This document shows, piece after piece, positions 60,233 to 64,000 of a DNA stretch of 64,000 nucleotides (the first letter of the stretch is position 1; each line of letters opens with the position of its first letter). The DNA comes from Candidatus Bathyarchaeota archaeon. GTDB taxonomy: Archaea > Thermoproteota > Bathyarchaeia > 40CM-2-53-6. The notes under the pieces are model-generated. The model was not told where the DNA came from and made no database searches. It saw nothing but the letters and a program-made list of their open reading frames with translations. The stretch lies in assembly GCA_963726255.1 (NCBI GenBank), contig CAVSBL010000002.1, positions 1,440,001 through 1,504,000 of the forward strand. The letters are read 5' to 3'. The position numbers and the translations under genes are program-made.

Positions 60233-60997
60233 TCACGCGCCCAAGTATGCTTCTATCACTCTTGGATCGTTGATCACTTGTTCGGGCGGGCCGGCTGCAA
60301 GAAGCCTACCGGATGCCATCGCGTTCACGTAATCGACGTATTTGAGAGCGATGTCGAGCCTGTGTTCTACGATGAAGAATGTTATTCCATATTGCTCTCT
60401 CAGCCGAATGATTCTTGCGAATATTTCGTGAGCTAGGGTTGGATTAACTCCTGACACGGGTTCGTCAAGCAAGTATAGGTTGGCATCACTCATTAGGGCT
60501 CTCCCAATTTCAACTAACTTCATCTGTCCACCGCTCAGGAGCGACGCCGGTGTGTTCAAATGTTCGGACAAGCCGAGCAATTCGAGTATTTTCGACGCCT
60601 TCTCAACAGCGTCTGCCTCATGTTTTGCCCAAAGCCGTTTGACAAGCGACTTGGCGAGTGACTCTCCTGGGTGATTCTTCTCGGCGACGAGCAAGTTCTC
60701 CAGCACCGTGAGCTTGCCGAACATCGACGGTATTTGGAAGGTCCTCGCGATTCCTGTTCGATATACCTGCTGGGGTGACCATCCCGTTATCTCGGTTGTG
60801 CCATAATAGATCTGCCCTTCGTCGGGTTTTTGGAAGCCTGTTATGACATTGATCAACGTGGTCTTTCCCGAGCCGTTTGGCCCGATGAGAATGCTCACTG
60901 TCTTCGCGTCCACGTTGAGCGTAACCCCATCCAAGGCGTGAAGATTGCCGAACGACCTCTTTACGCCTTTGACTTGCAGGAGGTTACCCATGCTCAT
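60233..60997 (-). CDS. livG: Branched-chain amino acid ABC transporter ATPase
   Basis: GPNGSGKTT, RTFQ, LSGGQ, VEH and VIEAYLG motifs. Confidence 0.9.
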   Translation of the reverse strand: MSMGNLLQVKGVKRSFGNLHALDGVTLNVDAKTVSILIGPNGSGKTTLINVITGFQKPDEGQIYYGTTEITGWSPQQVYRTGIARTFQIPSMFGKLTVLENLLVAEKNHPGESLAKSLVKRLWAKHEADAVEKASKILELLGLSEHLNTPASLLSGGQMKLVEIGRALMSDANLYLLDEPVSGVNPTLAHEIFARIIRLREQYGITFFIVEHRLDIALKYVDYVNAMASGRLLAAGPPEQVINDPRVIEAYLGA

Positions 60998-60998
60998 C

Positions 60999-62027
60999 TC
61001 ACTTCTTTGGCTGCACGGCTGAAGTCTCTCTTTGCAATGTTCCAACAAGGCCTTCAGGTCTGTAGATGAGAATTAGGATCGTTATGAGGCCAAGTAGAAG
61101 ATAGTTCAGCCAGACTACGTCGAATGGAAGTATCCCGACGAACGCGTACTTGTAGTAGAGTATTAGCTTATTCAGAGACACGAAAACGAAAGTTCCCACC
61201 AGCGCCCCCCTATTGCTTCCCATTCCCCCCAGCAAAATCATAAGCCAAGGCAGAAACGTCCAATCAAACCTAGCATAGGTAGGGGTTACGGCGCCACTGT
61301 ACATAACCCACAGGCTTCCCGCAAATCCACACAACGTCGAGCCAACCAAAATTGCCACGGTCCTATATCGAGTGATGTCCTTACCAAGCGACCTCGCCAC
61401 CACCTCATTGTCCCGAATGGCTTTCAGAGTCCTTCCGAGAGGAGTCTTGATAAGATAACCAGCATAGGCAAAGACTCCGATTGCCACCAAGAGTAGCACG
61501 AAAGTGCCCGCGTAGAATCTATACTGCCCTGCCCATCCTAAGACGTCTGGGACACTAACGCCTGGAGGCCCGCCTAGGAGGGGCTTGTAGCCGACTCCTA
61601 TGACGTTGAGTATCTCTCCGAACGCCAGAAGCGTGATCGCCAAGTAATCTTCCCTAAGCCTAACCGCAGGTGCTGACGAAATGAGGCCCATGGCCGCGCC
61701 CGCAACGCCGCCAATCGCGAGGAACAGAACCAAGAATCCGATGGCTATGAGAGGCTGTGATGTTAAAGTGGGGTTGATCAGCGCCAGTACGGAAACATTG
61801 TTGATAATAGGACTCAGGTCCGTATGAATGCCGAGCAAACTCAAAGCGAGTCTTGTTGATAGACCGCCTGTGAAGTAGGCCCCGCCTGCGACCGCAAAGA
61901 GAATGCCGAAATTAGGTATTCCAGTTATGCCCTCCTGCAAGTTGAGGCCTATGTTGATGATTAAGTAGACTGCGAACAGAGCTAGGAGATCAGTTGTGAA
62001 AAGGACTAGTTGGTCTAGCCCCGACAT
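60999..62027 (-). CDS. livM: Branched-chain amino acid ABC transporter permease
   Basis: RLREDYLAITLL, GRTLKAIRDNE..A.SLG and LGGMGS motifs. Confidence 0.88.
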   Translation of the reverse strand: MSGLDQLVLFTTDLLALFAVYLIINIGLNLQEGITGIPNFGILFAVAGGAYFTGGLSTRLALSLLGIHTDLSPIINNVSVLALINPTLTSQPLIAIGFLVLFLAIGGVAGAAMGLISSAPAVRLREDYLAITLLAFGEILNVIGVGYKPLLGGPPGVSVPDVLGWAGQYRFYAGTFVLLLVAIGVFAYAGYLIKTPLGRTLKAIRDNEVVARSLGKDITRYRTVAILVGSTLCGFAGSLWVMYSGAVTPTYARFDWTFLPWLMILLGGMGSNRGALVGTFVFVSLNKLILYYKYAFVGILPFDVVWLNYLLLGLITILILIYRPEGLVGTLQRETSAVQPKK

Positions 62028-62934
62028 CACTTGGACCTCCGAAACCGCAGGCCTGCTAGGCCCCGGGGCGCAACGATCAACGTGACAGACAGCACGACGA
62101 GCGGAACGATAGGCTCGTAGAATGAAACCCACGGGCCGACGACCGAGGCCAGCACCGACGTTCCGACCACATCGACCAAGCCCAGCAAAAGTCCGCCCAA
62201 TACTGCCCCGTATATCTGCTCAAGACCTCCAACTATGCTCGCGCAGAATATACTGGCCAGCAGGACGGTTCCAGTACTTGGGTTGATCTCTATCCATAGT
62301 GGGATAAGAGCTCCGGCAACACCTGCGAGTCCCCCGCGATGAACCATGACACTGCTAGCATCATGCTAACATTGATGCCGATTGCTTCCGAAAGAGAAGG
62401 GTTTTCCATCGACGCCCTCAACGCTATGCCCAACGTAGTAAAATTCAACAACAGGTACATTGCAGCCGAGCAGAGGGCTAACGTTCCGAGTGCCACGAAA
62501 AGTATACCCGGTTGACCCATGAACTTGAAATCTAATCCGCTTAACAGAACATTCCGGGAAGGAACCTTGTAAACTGTGTTCAAGTAGTCGGCGTGTATGT
62601 TCGTAACGCCGAGCATAATGATATCAAACGCTAGAGTTGCGATCATTAACATTACAGTTGATGAGTTTCTCCTCCTCATCGGTTCGAGAACCGCATAGAA
62701 AAGCAATAAACCGACAAGACCTACCAGGATGAAAGCGATTGGCACGCCGAGATATGGGTTCGGACTTAGGATGACGGTTGAGGTGTAGGTGACGTAGGCG
62801 GCCACAGTCACGAAGGATGCGTGGGCAAAATTAGCAACCTTCGTCGTCCTGTAAAGTAGAGTGACCCCGAGCGCCATAAGTGACAGAATCGCTGAGAAGG
62901 TAAGCCATCCCACAATCGTCGGAAGGAACTCCAT
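62027..62934 (-). CDS. livH: Branched-chain amino acid ABC transporter permease, -1 frameshift in a G homopolymer near 62333
   Basis: NFAH and GIALRA motifs, then FIAG|GLAGVAG and VGGL in the next frame. Confidence 0.88.
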
Positions 62935-63135
62935 TAACCTCAGCCACCCATTCTCGAGCTTCGAGCCTCTTTCAGAGGCACCCTCTTAGGAGTCACGTAT
63001 CAACATCCTACTTACAATTAAGATGACCCACACCGTATATGGTAGTGTCTCTCGGGAATTCGTGCCGTCAGAACTCATGTTTCTCCCGATTGGAGTCACA
63101 CCCTGAAAAAAAGAAAAGAGGGGGTTTTTGTGAGG

Positions 63136-64000
63136 TTACAGTTGCACTAGCCATGTAACTTGTTGATCTACTGATGAGTAGGTGGCAACCCTTTCCCAAT
63201 TGCTTTGGACCACGGCCCAGAACTCCATGTCCATGGTCACTCTGTCTCCAGCTGAGTTGAGTTCAGTGTTGCCTGTCGCACCCCAATACGATGCGGCTAC
63301 CGTTGGCACTGCCGCTTTAATCGCCTCACTGTCGTATTTGCCTGCATTGAGAATTGCGTAAGCCGCTATCCAAGCTGCATCGTATGTGGCCAATGCGTAG
63401 ATATCGGGTTCTTGGCCGATTGCAGATTGAACCTGCTGGTTCAGAGCCAGATGCTTAGAGGTCAATGGCGCCATGAGTTGTACAGAGATTAGATTCACTT
63501 TTGACGCTATAGCGCCAGCGTTTTGTATGATGACCGTGTCCTGCGACAGAGTATCGGGCCCAAACCAAGTTTGTCCAAGCAGCGGGCTGTTTCGGGTGTT
63601 CGCTTGGGATAGCATTGTAGCAACGTCTTCCCACATGTTGGCGAAGACTGCGACAGGTGTCTTGGCCGCCAGGAGAGGTGCCACTTGCCCCTCTAGCGTG
63701 TTGAGTACTACGGTGAAATCTGTCGTAGTCGGATAGGCGTAGGTCACGTCCGCGACCAAGTTGCCTCCGGCCGCTGTCCATGCAGCCTTGAACGAGTCGT
63801 GAATAGAGAGACTGTATGTATCTTCGGCCGAGACCATGATAACGTTCTTGAATCCTTTACTTTGAAGCGCAGCAACGAGCGCGGCGCCTTCAGCCTCAGC
63901 CGCTGGCACAACGCGGAACTCGTAATCTCCGGGTGGAGCTACGGATTCTCTGGCAGCAGTTGAGGTGCCGTCGATTACGACTATCTTGTTAGTGTCGGCG
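63136..64000 (-). CDS. Branched-chain amino acid ABC transporter substrate-binding protein (partial, 5' end outside window)
   Basis: FRVVP, YDAA and GATG..ELNSAGDR motifs of Liv-type periplasmic binding proteins. Confidence 0.85.
   Translation of the reverse strand, partial: ADTNKIVVIDGTSTAARESVAPPGDYEFRVVPAAEAEGAALVAALQSKGFKNVIMVSAEDTYSLSIHDSFKAAWTAAGGNLVADVTYAYPTTTDFTVVLNTLEGQVAPLLAAKTPVAVFANMWEDVATMLSQANTRNSPLLGQTWFGPDTLSQDTVIIQNAGAIASKVNLISVQLMAPLTSKHLALNQQVQSAIGQEPDIYALATYDAAWIAAYAILNAGKYDSEAIKAAVPTVAASYWGATGNTELNSAGDRVTMDMEFWAVVQSNWERVATYSSVDQQVTWLVQL

Noticed and set aside
5613-62934. Six frameshifted genes (thioesterase, citrate synthase, IDH-like, HD, amidinotransferase, livH) as BHB mRNA introns or programmed frameshifts
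   Set aside because: Each is repaired by a single-base indel with no extra sequence, BHB or common slippery motif. Long-read consensus error is the simplest explanation.
1-64000. CRISPR array, rRNA, transposase, intein
   Set aside because: I saw no regularly spaced repeats, rRNA signatures, transposase motifs or in-frame insertions (atpA is normal length).

Overview
Archaeal chromosomal segment, TACK-like and most plausibly Bathyarchaeia (inferred from gene content, not from a search). The main signal is in the tRNA genes. All six are interrupted, with 17 introns in total that I could fold by hand into bulge-helix-bulge (BHB) motifs. tRNA-Lys(UUU) and tRNA-Tyr(GUA) each carry four introns with 6-7 nt micro-exons, tRNA-Asp(GUC) has an intron inside the 3' strand of the acceptor stem (68/69), and tRNA-Arg(UCG), tRNA-Arg(CCU) and tRNA-Leu(UAA) carry 2, 3 and 3. 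A tRNA splicing endonuclease subunit that lacks the catalytic His lies in the same window. The protein-coding content includes a tightly coupled operon (IDH/IPMDH-like, LeuC/LeuD-like, HD protein, two-subunit ATP-citrate-lyase-like enzyme, PrpD), a guanidino/creatinine-type catabolic island with three APC permeases and two F420-dependent LLM enzymes, an A/V-type ATPase split into two convergent blocks, hisS, mtnA, dcd, citrate synthase, two HtrA proteases, two YbaK proteins, an aldehyde/P5C dehydrogenase and a Liv-type ABC transporter. Six genes have single-base frameshifts that look like long-read assembly errors. I saw no CRISPR array, rRNA, integrase or transposase.
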